Below, piece by piece: positions 9,756 through 20,026 of a stretch of DNA of 64,000 nt. Under the pieces are notes generated by a model, which was given only the letters and a program-made list of their open reading frames with translations, had not been told where the DNA came from and ran no database searches. The stretch's first letter is position 1, and each line of letters starts with the position of its first letter. Position numbers and translations under genes: made by a program. The stretch lies in the NCBI GenBank assembly GCA_041601615.1, contig JBFIHX010000003.1, positions 96,001-160,000 of the forward strand. Direction: 5' to 3'. Origin of the DNA: Thermoplasmatota archaeon (lineage in GTDB: Archaea > Thermoplasmatota > E2 > JACPAO01 > JAHFTW01).

Positions 9756-10283
9756 TCACACGGCGACGATCTCGAATTGCAGGTCGAAGCCGGTGAGTGC
9801 GCCGGCGGCGGTGCCGTCTGCTACGATCATGTCGATGCGGATGTCGTAGGTGCTGCTGACGGGCAGTGTGAAGGCGGCGGCACTTGCGGCGGCTGCGGCG
9901 TCGAAGGCGCGGATGACGGTGGCGCCGTCGAGGACGGTGAAGGTCAGGCCGGTGACGGCGGCGTCGGGTGCGGCGCTGCGTTTGAGGGTCACGGTGTAGG
10001 CTTGTGTTGCGTCGGTGTTTTGGATCTGCAACAGGTCGGTGACTTGCAAATTGGCGGCGCCTGCGACACCGGTCAGTGTCAGGGCGGCGCTGGCGGCGCT
10101 GCTGCCGATGCTGACGGTGGCGTATCCGGGGACTCCGCCGCCGCCGTCGACGAACTGTACGTCGGAGGCTTGGGCGGCGTTGGTGACGCCTATGTCCTGT
10201 CGCAACAGGATCGCTGCGGCCACGACGCTGGCCACGAGCAACAAAACAACGGTAACGGCCAAGGTTCGGTTGATGCGTATCAT
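9756..10283 (-). CDS. secreted beta-rich protein, possible filament subunit
   Basis: Signal peptide MIRINRTLAVTVVLLLVASVVAAA; IGSSAASAALTL and DLLQI motifs. Confidence 0.6.
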   Translation of the reverse strand: MIRINRTLAVTVVLLLVASVVAAAILLRQDIGVTNAAQASDVQFVDGGGGVPGYATVSIGSSAASAALTLTGVAGAANLQVTDLLQIQNTDATQAYTVTLKRSAAPDAAVTGLTFTVLDGATVIRAFDAAAAASAAAFTLPVSSTYDIRIDMIVADGTAAGALTGFDLQFEIVAV

Positions 10284-10378
10284 CGGCCCAGGATTGACTT
10301 CTGGGACATGAATCCTTGTAGAAGGGAATAGGGGAGAATGGGCAAAAGGGACGAAGGGCGGTTTGTGCCCGGAGGGGT

Positions 10379-10615
10379 CTAGAGTCCGATGGCTCCCTGT
10401 AGCCAGTCCATCAGCAGGAAGATTAGGAAACCGATGCCACCGATGACGGCGATGCCAACGAGCACGATGCTGCTGGTTTGCTTGAATTCCGCAGGCTCGG
10501 GTTTGCGGGCCATGCGAAGCACGCGGGCGTAGCGTCCTCGGCCGATGGAGTTGATTTTCTTCTCCACCTTGCGCTGGGCTGCCCAACTGCGCTCCAGGAA
10601 CGTGCGCTCACTCAT
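10379..10615 (-). CDS. secE: protein translocase subunit SecE/Sec61-gamma
   Basis: RYARVLRMARKP..EF followed by TM helix GIAVIGGIGFLI. Confidence 0.92.
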   Translation of the reverse strand: MSERTFLERSWAAQRKVEKKINSIGRGRYARVLRMARKPEPAEFKQTSSIVLVGIAVIGGIGFLIFLLMDWLQGAIGL

Positions 10616-10711
10616 TGGCCGAGCCCACCGGAGGGGCGTTGATAAGCGTTGGCTGGGGAGTTCCGGCGACATAGGCGAAAGCGCCATGCGTTGGGTCGGT
10701 TCGGTGCCTCT

Positions 10712-11653
10712 GTGCGTCTCCTCATGCTTGCTGTTCTCGCCCTGCTCTTTGCCGCCACGCTTTCTGGGTGCGTCGATGATGCCCCCGCGGGCGCCGATTT
10801 GGAGTCGTTGGAGGTGTATCGGTTCGTGTACCCTGGGGCCGAGTTGGCGGTTCCTGGCGCAGAGCATGGCTGGTTGTTCCGGTTGCACAATCCGGCAAAT
10901 GAGTCCGTGACGTTCTTTGTGGGCGCCTACGGCGTTGAGATGGCCAAACTCGGGCCGGCTGGCGCGGTGGGATGGGGTACGGAAGCCACTCCGCCTGCGA
11001 CGGGCGCCAGCGTGGAGTTGAACGGATTGCTCTGGGGTGGCAAGGTGACGGTGGCGGCCGGAGCTTCGGTTGCGTACATGGCGAGCATTCAGAAGTATGC
11101 GGGTGGGCCGGCGGGGCTGATGTTCGTGGATACACGCGGCGCTACGAGGGACGTTCCGGTCTCGGTGGAGATGGGTATGGCGGGCGCAGCGGTCCAGCCT
11201 GGAGACCATGTGCAGACTGTCACTGTGGGTGTTTGGACGAATGGCACCAGTTTCTACACCAACAGCCGTAGTCTCCTGGATGATTCGCGGTTTCCGGCCG
11301 GCGGCAACATAGACTTGGCAGAGGCACGCCAGCAAACAGACCCGTTGCCCGTGTACGTTTACGGCGAGGATCGCACGGAGCAGCCGGCGGGCAGCAAGGA
11401 CACTTGTCATTTCACCACTATCACTGGGTACAATGCGCTCTTGAAGACCCAAGTCGACCAGAGTACCGGCGTTCGATGGATGACGCCAGAAGACGCGTAC
11501 ACTCGCGCCGGAGCCGAAGAGCACCTGTTGTACGGGGATGCCCTGGTGTTTCTGAACACGGTGGTGGCGCATGATGGCAGCACGGGGATGCAGGACGTTG
11601 TGCCGGCGCCGTTGGGGGCGTGTTTCGACGCGACTCAATATGTCCCGGTTTGA
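10712..11653 (+). CDS. lipoprotein with Ig-like domain and C-terminal FKBP/SlyD-like domain
   Basis: LSGC lipobox; VQPGDHV..G...NGTSF.T, ITGYN, PEDAY, L.GDALVF. Confidence 0.6.
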   Translation: MRLLMLAVLALLFAATLSGCVDDAPAGADLESLEVYRFVYPGAELAVPGAEHGWLFRLHNPANESVTFFVGAYGVEMAKLGPAGAVGWGTEATPPATGASVELNGLLWGGKVTVAAGASVAYMASIQKYAGGPAGLMFVDTRGATRDVPVSVEMGMAGAAVQPGDHVQTVTVGVWTNGTSFYTNSRSLLDDSRFPAGGNIDLAEARQQTDPLPVYVYGEDRTEQPAGSKDTCHFTTITGYNALLKTQVDQSTGVRWMTPEDAYTRAGAEEHLLYGDALVFLNTVVAHDGSTGMQDVVPAPLGACFDATQYVPV

Positions 11654-11707
11654 GCGAAGGGAAGGAAGGGGGAAGTGGGTTCAACCCGTAGATCAGGTTC
11701 AATTTGT

Positions 11708-12049
11708 CTAGCCGTCAAGTTCTACGTCCACGTCTGTGCCGGAACGAGTGATCTCCAACTCTAATTCATATCCAATTGTATCGATTTCCAGGCTGAAGAT
11801 GGAGTATCCTGCTGGGTTCGAGTCAAATTCCACCTCTTGGCCAAGGAATTCAAGTTCAAAATCCACTGTTTTTGATCCAGTTGGGCTGACACCTACATCG
11901 GCGTCGATAATTGAGCCAAGGTCGCTCAATTTGATACCGGGGTATGATGGCGTCAAAATGTTCGTAGGTCGCCCTACCGCGGCAGCAGTCGGCGCCATCA
12001 TTGCGGCCACGAGGCCGAGCAAACACAAGGTTGCGATTACAGTCTTCAT
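11708..12049 (-). CDS. small secreted acidic protein
   Basis: Signal peptide ending AAA; GGTGA SD upstream; lower GC. Confidence 0.6.
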   Translation of the reverse strand: MKTVIATLCLLGLVAAMMAPTAAAVGRPTNILTPSYPGIKLSDLGSIIDADVGVSPTGSKTVDFELEFLGQEVEFDSNPAGYSIFSLEIDTIGYELELEITRSGTDVDVELDG

Positions 12050-12781
12050 TGTTTCACCATTTTTGAGGTCGCATCGAGGGCTGTGTCTCAGCCCACCATG
12101 CGACTAAGCAGGCATAGGCATGCTAATTGATAATGACTTCGCTGTTTTCTTGGCCCATTCGGCCCAAAATAATCCATCAATGCAATGTCGTGGCAACCAC
12201 ACAATTCAATACTCATGATTACCCTAAATTGCAGCCATTTTGGCTTGTCATTTCAGTATGGGCTGCGAGGGCCCCAAAGGAAAAAGAGGGCAAAGAGAGA
12301 CTACCACGGCCCACCACAGGCCTCCATTGTTTGAGTCGGGCAATGCCTGTGCCCGGCCTCGATCACGCTGCCGGCGGGGTCAGCCGCGTCGGTTCTTGGG
12401 TGCCTCCTTCGACGCCGCGCGCACATCAGGTCGTGCGGGTCTTGGGGGGCGACTGCGGCTGGCACCGTCGGAGGCAATCACTTGCATCAATCTGGGGGTG
12501 CGGTCAGCGCGTTCGGGGGTTCGGGCACAGGAGCGGGATTGCATCATGCGGGTTCCAACCTTGTGGGAAAAGGAAGCCGCACGGAGGAAGGTGGTTCAGG
12601 TGTTCCATGCGACTACCGTGTCATTGGCGTGCTAGATGATATAGTTTTGGCAGGTTTATGGTTGCCATCGGCCGGATATCGACAATTTTTGCTTGCTTGC
12701 GCTGGGGTGGTGTTTGCTTGGGGCCAAAAGCAGTGGCTGGGGCGGGGGCCTGGAACGCTGGTCCGGGGCTTGGAGCGGGTT

Positions 12782-14203
12782 CTAGCCTTGGCTCGATAGC
12801 CAGCCGACGGTCTCGAACATGGACGGGCCTTGGTCGAGGATGGCAACGGCGCCAAGGGCGTCGCGGCTGTGGCTCATCTCGGTGCAGCCTTCGAGGCAGC
12901 CGTCGGCGTAGGCAACTAGGAAGCGGCCGTCTTCGTCGAGCACGGCGTCGATGAAGTCGAGGAGGTTGCGGCTGCCGGGGGGCGAGTCTCCGCTGTTGGT
13001 GCTGATGGGTCCGATTTGGATCGGGTCGTCGCCGGTGACGTTGTAGGTGTGCCAGGTGGGCTCCGGGTCAAGGGCGTTGAGGCTGTATGTGATGTAGAGG
13101 CCCCATTGGGCGGTCTCGTTTGTGAGGTCCGGTGCTTGGATGCTGCCGTCTTCGTTGCGGGACGCGTCGGGGTCGTGCACGGCGTAGTAGGCCATGGCTA
13201 CTCGGCCGGGGTCGCCGGCTTGGATGACGGGCATGGTGACGGTGCCAAGCTCGGGAGTCACGAGGCTGGCTTGGCTCCAGGATGCTGCGTGGTCGTCGCT
13301 CCAGGCGTAGTAGAGGCGGTTGTCGGCGCCGGGCCAGGTGAGGTAGACGTTGTTTTCTTGGTCGATGGCGATTTCGGGGTTCTTGTCGTGGTCGGCGGTG
13401 CCTACTTCGTTGTGTACGAGCACTTGGTCCCAGGTGAGGCCGTTGTCGAAGCTGCGGGCGATGACGGGGCCGCCAAAGCCGCCGTCGGGTCCTTGGCAGC
13501 TGCTGCGGTTGGGGACGTATACGCTGCCGTCGGGGCCGGCGGTGATGTGGCCGTGCAGGCCGGCGGCACAGCTGGCTCCACCTTCACCGGCGCTGATGGG
13601 TGGGTTGCTGAGGGCGGTGTAGGGGAATGTGGCGCCGCCGTCGACGCTGACTGCTACGCGGCTGCCGGCGAGGGCGTTGTAGGCGTAGTAGACCACGTTG
13701 GGGTAGACGGGGTTGTTGCTGCCGACGGGGGCAAGGGGTCCGCCGGCAACATAGGGGCCGGTTGCGACTTTTTGGTGGTCATTGACGGGCACGCCGCAGT
13801 CGGCGGGGTTGCTGAGCCATGTTTCGCCGTAGTCGTCGCTCCAGGACATGTAGCTGCAAGCAAGGTAGAGGTGGTTGGCAAAGACGCGGTCTGTGTCGGG
13901 GTCGACCCAGAGCATCGGGTCGAGCGTCGTGGGGGCGGTGGTGAGGCTGCTGACGTCTTGCCAGGTGCGGCCGTGGTCGGTGCTGCGCATGGTTTTTTCG
14001 AGGGCCTGGAAGAAGACGTAGCCGTTGGAGGTGACTCCGAGGGTTGGTTCGGGGCCGTCAAAACCCACGTCTTGGATGTGGAACGTCACGGCGGGTTGGG
14101 CCGGGTCGGGATCGAAGGAGGGAGCCGGGTTGGTGGGTTCGTTGTCGAGGCATCCCGCTAGGACGGCGAGGATGGTGATGGCTGCCACGGCAGGTACGCG
14201 CAT
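12782..14203 (-). CDS. BNR/Asp-box (sialidase-like) beta-propeller lipoprotein
   Basis: LAGC lipobox; repeated SxDxGxTW boxes (STDHGRTW, SDDYGETW, SFDNGLTW). Confidence 0.85.
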   Translation of the reverse strand: MRVPAVAAITILAVLAGCLDNEPTNPAPSFDPDPAQPAVTFHIQDVGFDGPEPTLGVTSNGYVFFQALEKTMRSTDHGRTWQDVSSLTTAPTTLDPMLWVDPDTDRVFANHLYLACSYMSWSDDYGETWLSNPADCGVPVNDHQKVATGPYVAGGPLAPVGSNNPVYPNVVYYAYNALAGSRVAVSVDGGATFPYTALSNPPISAGEGGASCAAGLHGHITAGPDGSVYVPNRSSCQGPDGGFGGPVIARSFDNGLTWDQVLVHNEVGTADHDKNPEIAIDQENNVYLTWPGADNRLYYAWSDDHAASWSQASLVTPELGTVTMPVIQAGDPGRVAMAYYAVHDPDASRNEDGSIQAPDLTNETAQWGLYITYSLNALDPEPTWHTYNVTGDDPIQIGPISTNSGDSPPGSRNLLDFIDAVLDEDGRFLVAYADGCLEGCTEMSHSRDALGAVAILDQGPSMFETVGWLSSQG

Positions 14204-14268
14204 GGGGCCCCGCTTGGTGGCTCGGTGTAAGATGGTTGCCCCGGCGCGGTGTTGCGGCGTGTTGGGGT

Positions 14269-15129
14269 TCAGGTGGGTACTTTGTGGGAGCCGTCGAAAA
14301 TGAATGCCCAGTCGTCGTCGGGGACGAATCCATAGAAGACGTGGACGAACATTTCGAAGGGTTGCTCGATAGCGAGGCCGAGTTCTGCCACGTCGGGCAC
14401 GCCGCCGGCGCCGGGGAATAGGCTGACGATGAGGACGGGTTCGGCTTCCATGACGATTTGGTCGCCGGGGGTGGCGAGGATGATGGGGCTTTCTCCTTCG
14501 TGGTCGTCGTAGACGTCGAGGGCGCAGGCGCCGAATACGGTGCCGTTGACGCAGGTTTCGCCGCCGCTGTGGGTCAGGCGCATACGGTCGGCGGTGGGTA
14601 GGGTGCTTTCCCAAAGGACTTCGGATTGGGCCCAGTCGGGTGTGCCTCGGGTCAGTTCGGTTTGCCAGAAGTAGTCTGAGCAGCAGGCGAGGCTGGGTCC
14701 GCCTGTTCCGGCGACGGCGGAGGCCATGCCGAGTTCGAGGGCGCCGGCTACTTGGTGGGCTTCGATCCACCAATTGGGGGCGACGGCGCGGATTTGGAGG
14801 GTGAGGAGGGGGGGATTGTCGAGGCCGGCGGTGACGATGGCGTGGGTTTCGACGGGCAGGTGTCCGGGGTGCGTGACGAAGACGCGGTAGGTTCCGCCTT
14901 CGAGTCCGTCCATGCCGAATCGGCCGTCTTGGTCACTGGTGGTGTTGCGTCCAATGTCTGGTAGGGCTATGAGGGCGCCTTCGACGGGGTTGATGGTTTG
15001 GTCCACGATGACGCCGGCGAGAATTCCGGTGTGTTCGGTGGCGACGAGTCCTTTCAGCGGTTCCTGCGTGGTGCCTTCGGCGCATCCGGCAATCAGGAGG
15101 GCCACGAGAAGCAGCATCGCTCTCAACAT
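14269..15129 (-). CDS. lipoprotein with carboxypeptidase regulatory-like domain
   Basis: IAGC lipobox; GILAGVIVD..NPVEGA..TTSDQDGRF..L.GGTY. Confidence 0.75.
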   Translation of the reverse strand: MLRAMLLLVALLIAGCAEGTTQEPLKGLVATEHTGILAGVIVDQTINPVEGALIALPDIGRNTTSDQDGRFGMDGLEGGTYRVFVTHPGHLPVETHAIVTAGLDNPPLLTLQIRAVAPNWWIEAHQVAGALELGMASAVAGTGGPSLACCSDYFWQTELTRGTPDWAQSEVLWESTLPTADRMRLTHSGGETCVNGTVFGACALDVYDDHEGESPIILATPGDQIVMEAEPVLIVSLFPGAGGVPDVAELGLAIEQPFEMFVHVFYGFVPDDDWAFIFDGSHKVPT

Positions 15130-15397
15130 GCGGGTCGAATCGGGCCTTAGGGCATCAAGTTTCTAGATACGTTGGGTACAACGGGCTTGTTTGTGGCCAA
15201 GTTGCGCTTCGAGGGCATTGACGGTTGTGTGTGGTGTGGGTGAAGGCAAGAAAGTGGGGGGATGGAAATGATGCGAAGGGGGTGATGAGGGGGATTGGAA
15301 AGGTTGGGTGGAGGGGAGGGAATGGGGGAGAAGGTGGGGTGAGGGGGGAAGGAGATGGGAAAGTTGGTTACTTCGCTGTCGCCGGGGCGCCTTTGCT

Positions 15398-18025
15398 CTA
15401 GATGAGGCAGGGGTTTCCAAGGGCGAATGCGAAGTTGTAGCTCAGGACGTAGCCGTATGCTTCCCAGTCCTGGGGGCAAGGCCGGCAGCCCTTCCCGGAT
15501 GCGTCTGTGCCTGCTTGACCTCCTACGTCTGCGGAGTGATAGGTTCCGCCGTCGCACACGGGGCCGCAGCCGTTGCCGCCGGCCAGCCAGTTCAGTATGC
15601 CGGCCGTGCTCAAGGGTGTGGGTGGGGGACAGGCACAGCCGTAGACGCCGCCACCGTACACGGCTCCGACGTTGATGGTGTCGAAGATGATCCACTTGCC
15701 GTTCACACAGGGGGCGCACGGGTTGGCGACTACGGTAGCGGAGTTTCCGACCACGGGGCCGTAGTGGTCTTCGCCGGCGGGGATGTCGCAGGGGTTGCAC
15801 GGGTCAACGAAGAAGCCCGTGTAGGTTCCGAGCAGGCCGTAGACTTCGGAGAACGCCGGGCAGGTGGCGCAGTCGTTCAGGTCTGCGGCGCCGGAGAGGA
15901 TGTCTTGTGGCTCGACGCAGGCGTTGCAGGGGTCCGGCAAGCCGAGGTAGGCAAGCACTTGGCCGACGGGGCACACAACACAGTCGAGCACGTCTTGGGT
16001 GCTGAGGGTGGTGCCGCTGGTGTCGATGCAGGTGTTGCACGGATCGGCCAGGCCAAGATCATTGAGGTTCTGGCCGATGGGGCAGACGATGCAGGTTTGG
16101 ACATCGTCGATCTTCAGGGCCGCGCCGCTTGGGTCGATGCAGGGTTGGCAGGGGTCCGACAGGATGGCCGTGTTGACGGCGAGTCTGTCGGGGCATTCCA
16201 CGCAGTCGGTGGGGACGCCGTCGATTTCAGGCAGCACCTTGGACTCCGTGGTGGTCAGGTCCTTGGCAATGACGCCTGGGGGCAGGCGAGTATCGCAAGG
16301 TGTGCAGTCAATCTTGCCGGGGCCTGGGGTGGCTGCCGAGGCGGACAGGCCGCGTTCCACGAGGGGTAGTTTGTCGGTGCCGATGGGTTCGCAGGGTCTG
16401 CAGGCGTCGGGGCTCTTGGGGAAGGCGACGCCGCCGATGACGTTGTTGGCGAGGGCTTGGACCAAGTCGATGTTGGTCGGGCATAGGCACAGGTGGATTT
16501 CGGCGCCGTCCCAGGCTTTCAGGAGGGCATCGAGGGCCGTGCCGACCACGGGCAATCCGGCTGCGGTGGTCTCCGCGCTGGGGTTGAGGATGCAGTCGGG
16601 TACGATGGGGTCATCGGTGGGCGGGTCTGGCGTCCAGCTGGCCTCTTCAAGGCAGGCAGCGCCGGCCATGGCGTGGCTGACGATGATTTCGAGGGTGGTG
16701 CCGGCCACGACCGGGAGGTACAGGTGGATGGCATTGGCTTCGGACCATGCTTCCGTGCCGGTGCCGTAGCTGTTTTTCTCGTTGATGATCAGACTGCCGC
16801 CGTTGATGAGTCCGATGTGGGTGGTTTGGTCTTCGTCGACGAGGGTGCCAACGAGGCTGCCGCGAACGAGCGCGCTGGAGGCGCGAGCGGCGGCGTAGGC
16901 GCCGGAGGGGTCGGCCACGGCCACGGCGTCGGCAGTGAGTGCTTCGGCGCGCAGGAGTTCGATGCCGTTGGTGGCGTCGGTGAGGACGAACCGTTCGATG
17001 TGGGCGTGTGCTTGGGCGTGGCTACTGTCAAGCGGTTCGTCTGTTTGTGCGGTTGCGTTGAGCACGTCGAGGTCGATGTGGAAATCACCTACGCCGGCGA
17101 CTTGAATCAGGTGCGAGGAGCGGACCATGCTTTGACCGCTGTCGTCGGGTGCCTGTTGGAGGTTGAGGCGGTCGACGAGGACGCTGGCGGGGGTGTTGGG
17201 CTCCTTGAGGCCGACGTACAAGTCGTAGGCTTCAGCGATGGCGTCTTGTTTGATGAACGACAGGATGTGGTCGGTCATGAACGCCTCGAATTGCGCAGGG
17301 CTTGCGGAGTTGAGGTTGGTGTGCAGGCCGTTGGTTTGGGCGGCGATGTAGGCGAGGTAGTCGGTCGCCATGGCGTTGCCGCCGTTTTGCACGGCAAGCA
17401 CTTGGATGCCTTGGGATTGGAGCATGGCGACTTGGGTTTCAAAGTCCAGTTCGTCGCCGGTGTTCAGGAGGCCGTCGGGTCCGGGGTCGTCGCCGGTGTT
17501 GTAGCCGCCGAAGTTGGTGTCGTGGCCGGGGGCGTCGGTGAAGAGGACGACGAGTTGGAGGCCGCCGCGCCAGCCCATGCCGGGTTGGCCGACTTCGTAG
17601 AGGGCGCGCACGAGGGATTCGGGGGTGTCCCAGCCGCTGCCTTGACCGATGGCCTGAATGGAGGCGTCGACGCTGGCGGAGTTGGTGCTGATGGTGTGGT
17701 CAAGGTACCAGGGTTGGTCGGAGGGGTCGCCGTAGCCGGTGGGGTTGTTGGGGTTGCCTTGGACCGGGGGATAGTCTTCGTAGTGGCCAACACCGAAGGC
17801 GGTGCCGGGCCATTCTGCTTCGACGTTTGCCATGATGTTGGAGGCGGTCGATTTGGCGTTGGCGATGACGCCAGCCATGCTGCCCGTGGTGTCGATGACG
17901 AACACGATGTCTACCGTGTTGGGGCGGCAGAGTTCGTTGCCGTCGTCGTCGACAAAGTTGGATTCGGCGAGCGCGCTCGGGATGGGCAGTAGGAAGATAC
18001 AGAGGATGAGTATGGGGAGCTTCAT
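15398..18025 (-). CDS. secreted vWA-domain protein with choice-of-anchor-P-like middle and CxxC-repeat tail
   Basis: Signal peptide; MIDAS DTTGSM; LFTDAPGH; 12 CxxC motifs in the C-terminal half. Confidence 0.8.
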   Translation of the reverse strand: MKLPILILCIFLLPIPSALAESNFVDDDGNELCRPNTVDIVFVIDTTGSMAGVIANAKSTASNIMANVEAEWPGTAFGVGHYEDYPPVQGNPNNPTGYGDPSDQPWYLDHTISTNSASVDASIQAIGQGSGWDTPESLVRALYEVGQPGMGWRGGLQLVVLFTDAPGHDTNFGGYNTGDDPGPDGLLNTGDELDFETQVAMLQSQGIQVLAVQNGGNAMATDYLAYIAAQTNGLHTNLNSASPAQFEAFMTDHILSFIKQDAIAEAYDLYVGLKEPNTPASVLVDRLNLQQAPDDSGQSMVRSSHLIQVAGVGDFHIDLDVLNATAQTDEPLDSSHAQAHAHIERFVLTDATNGIELLRAEALTADAVAVADPSGAYAAARASSALVRGSLVGTLVDEDQTTHIGLINGGSLIINEKNSYGTGTEAWSEANAIHLYLPVVAGTTLEIIVSHAMAGAACLEEASWTPDPPTDDPIVPDCILNPSAETTAAGLPVVGTALDALLKAWDGAEIHLCLCPTNIDLVQALANNVIGGVAFPKSPDACRPCEPIGTDKLPLVERGLSASAATPGPGKIDCTPCDTRLPPGVIAKDLTTTESKVLPEIDGVPTDCVECPDRLAVNTAILSDPCQPCIDPSGAALKIDDVQTCIVCPIGQNLNDLGLADPCNTCIDTSGTTLSTQDVLDCVVCPVGQVLAYLGLPDPCNACVEPQDILSGAADLNDCATCPAFSEVYGLLGTYTGFFVDPCNPCDIPAGEDHYGPVVGNSATVVANPCAPCVNGKWIIFDTINVGAVYGGGVYGCACPPPTPLSTAGILNWLAGGNGCGPVCDGGTYHSADVGGQAGTDASGKGCRPCPQDWEAYGYVLSYNFAFALGNPCLI

Positions 18026-18302
18026 CGGCCTCGCACAGGCATCGGCTGCTTACCGCTATGCGTCATTTCCCTCCCCACCGGTTTCCTCCTGTTGGATGCA
18101 CCCATGATGGCGGTTTTGCTTCTGTTGTGTATGGAGGTGGATGTTGGGGGTGGCGATTGTGAATGGAGGGCAAAACAAGTTTCCGATGGGGCTTGTGTGG
18201 TCCGGGTAGATGTGGCGTTTGGTGGGGTTCAAAACGCCCGCTCTGGCGCTGGCGGGGTCGACGGACCGCAACCGTCGTGTGCGGGGTGGGGCTCGCGGGG
18301 TC

Positions 18303-19583
18303 GTGGCGGATGTGCTGGATTCGATCCCTCCAGAGATGTGCGTTCGCTGCAAGGCGGCGCGTAGTCTCTGTGGGATCGATCCGTGTCCCCTGTTGCAACG
18401 GGTTCGGGGGCACTTGCCGAAGGTGCAGTTGCCGGGCCGGGATCTGTTTGGCAGCAGTCCGCCAAGTTTGTTCGTGGGGCGCCATGGCTATCCTCGGGTC
18501 AACGTGGGGCCGATGCTGCCGGCAGAGCATTTGTCAGAGGAGTTGGCGCGCAATTTGGACGCACCTCGACGCTGGATCAATGAACTGGGGGTGCCGGATG
18601 TGGTGGGGCTTCGTAGCAGCCTCGTGCGCACGACCCATTCCGTGAAGGTGGCAGACGCGGCCAGAAACCCCGACCGCATTACTCGGCTCAGTCAGGAATT
18701 GGCGGTGGCGGCGCGTCCCGTGGACACGGAGGTGCATCTTCGCAGGATGCCCAGTTTCAGTGTCGCGCACGTGGGTACCTTCACGGCTCCGCACGGTCCG
18801 GTGGTGGAGTTGGATCGGGCGCAATTGACGGAGAACGTCCGCGTGGAGAATCCGGTGGAGCGGGCCACTTCGGACACGGATTTGCGTGCGTCGTCGGCGG
18901 TGGTGCAGATGTTTGATCAGGGCGTGGATCCGTACCAAATGGAGCGGATTCTCAGCGCCGGGATGTTGGGGCTGGAGCGGGGGCGGCGCCTTGTCCCTAC
19001 CCGTTGGGCCATCACCGCGACAGACGATACGCTTGGCAAATCGCTCATCCCGCGCGTCCTGGACCTGCCGACTATCGACAAGCCTACGGTGCATTTTGCG
19101 GAGCGTTTTGGCAACCGCTTCCACATTCTTTTGCTGCCACGCCTCTGGGGCTTCGAGATCGTGGAGAGTTGGCAAAAGGGCTCCTTCTGGGCGCAGGGTC
19201 GAGAGCACGCCCCCGCTGACACGAGTCCCGCTGCCCCGCCTGCGGTGGATTGGGAGGATCACCGCGGCCGCACAGAGTACGCGCACAACGTCACTGGCGG
19301 ATACTACGCAGCTCGGCTTCCGGTGCTGGAGCACATGCTTGCCACGCGCAAACAAGCGACGGCCATCGTGTTGCGCGAAATCTCCGACGAGTACACGACG
19401 CCGCTCGGAGTCTGGGTGGTGCGGGAAGCGGCTCGCTGCGCTTTGGAATCGAAGCCGCTCGTGTTTGAGGACACGGAAAGTGCATTGCGGCACATGGATC
19501 GAAGGGCCCGACTCAAAGATTGGCGGCGGCACGCGGAGTTCTTGCCTCAGGTTTTGCGGCAGCGGACTCTCGAATCATTTTGA
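18303..19583 (+). CDS. nreA: Nre-family archaeal DNA repair protein
   Basis: CVRCK..LCG..PCP, GSSPPSLFVG..GYP, RLVPTRWAITA.DD, GGYYA, C-terminal PIP box QRTLESF. Confidence 0.93.
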   Translation: MADVLDSIPPEMCVRCKAARSLCGIDPCPLLQRVRGHLPKVQLPGRDLFGSSPPSLFVGRHGYPRVNVGPMLPAEHLSEELARNLDAPRRWINELGVPDVVGLRSSLVRTTHSVKVADAARNPDRITRLSQELAVAARPVDTEVHLRRMPSFSVAHVGTFTAPHGPVVELDRAQLTENVRVENPVERATSDTDLRASSAVVQMFDQGVDPYQMERILSAGMLGLERGRRLVPTRWAITATDDTLGKSLIPRVLDLPTIDKPTVHFAERFGNRFHILLLPRLWGFEIVESWQKGSFWAQGREHAPADTSPAAPPAVDWEDHRGRTEYAHNVTGGYYAARLPVLEHMLATRKQATAIVLREISDEYTTPLGVWVVREAARCALESKPLVFEDTESALRHMDRRARLKDWRRHAEFLPQVLRQRTLESF

Positions 19584-19691
19584 TGCGGCGGTCGCGCCGG
19601 GTCTGTCGAGTATCTGGGAAATATCCCCCGGAATCGTCCCAAAACTCGTAGGGATGTGTGAAAAACCCGAGCAAGGCTTAACCTGAAACCC

Positions 19692-20024
19692 ATGGTAGTA
19701 TGGGTGAAATCCATGATATCTCTGGTATTATCAAAGGCACGCCCCCAACATGCGGTACTAATCCTGGCGCTGGCGGGGCTCATGGTTCTTCCAGTGGCAC
19801 AGGCACATCCACCGGCCGAGAATCAAAGCGAAGAGTCGCCCAACTGCGTGTATATGCTCATAAATCACCATAATCCGTACTACTGCGTACCCGGCCTTCC
19901 GCCCCGATGCGGCATTGTGGTCATTTTCTTCACGCTTAACCCGCCCAACGCATGGCCCTCCTACCAACAAGGTTGCGTGGATGAGTGGGATCAGTATGTA
20001 GCCAACATTGTACGGACCGAGTGA
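19692..20024 (+). CDS. small secreted Cys-loop protein (module 1)
   Basis: Signal peptide ending AQA; 4 Cys; stop 2 nt before next ATG; start could be 19713. Confidence 0.65.
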   Translation: MVVWVKSMISLVLSKARPQHAVLILALAGLMVLPVAQAHPPAENQSEESPNCVYMLINHHNPYYCVPGLPPRCGIVVIFFTLNPPNAWPSYQQGCVDEWDQYVANIVRTE

Positions 20025-20026
20025 GC

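Noticed and set aside
15398-16620. Multiheme cytochrome or polyferredoxin
   Set aside because: No CxxCH and no CxxCxxC motifs.
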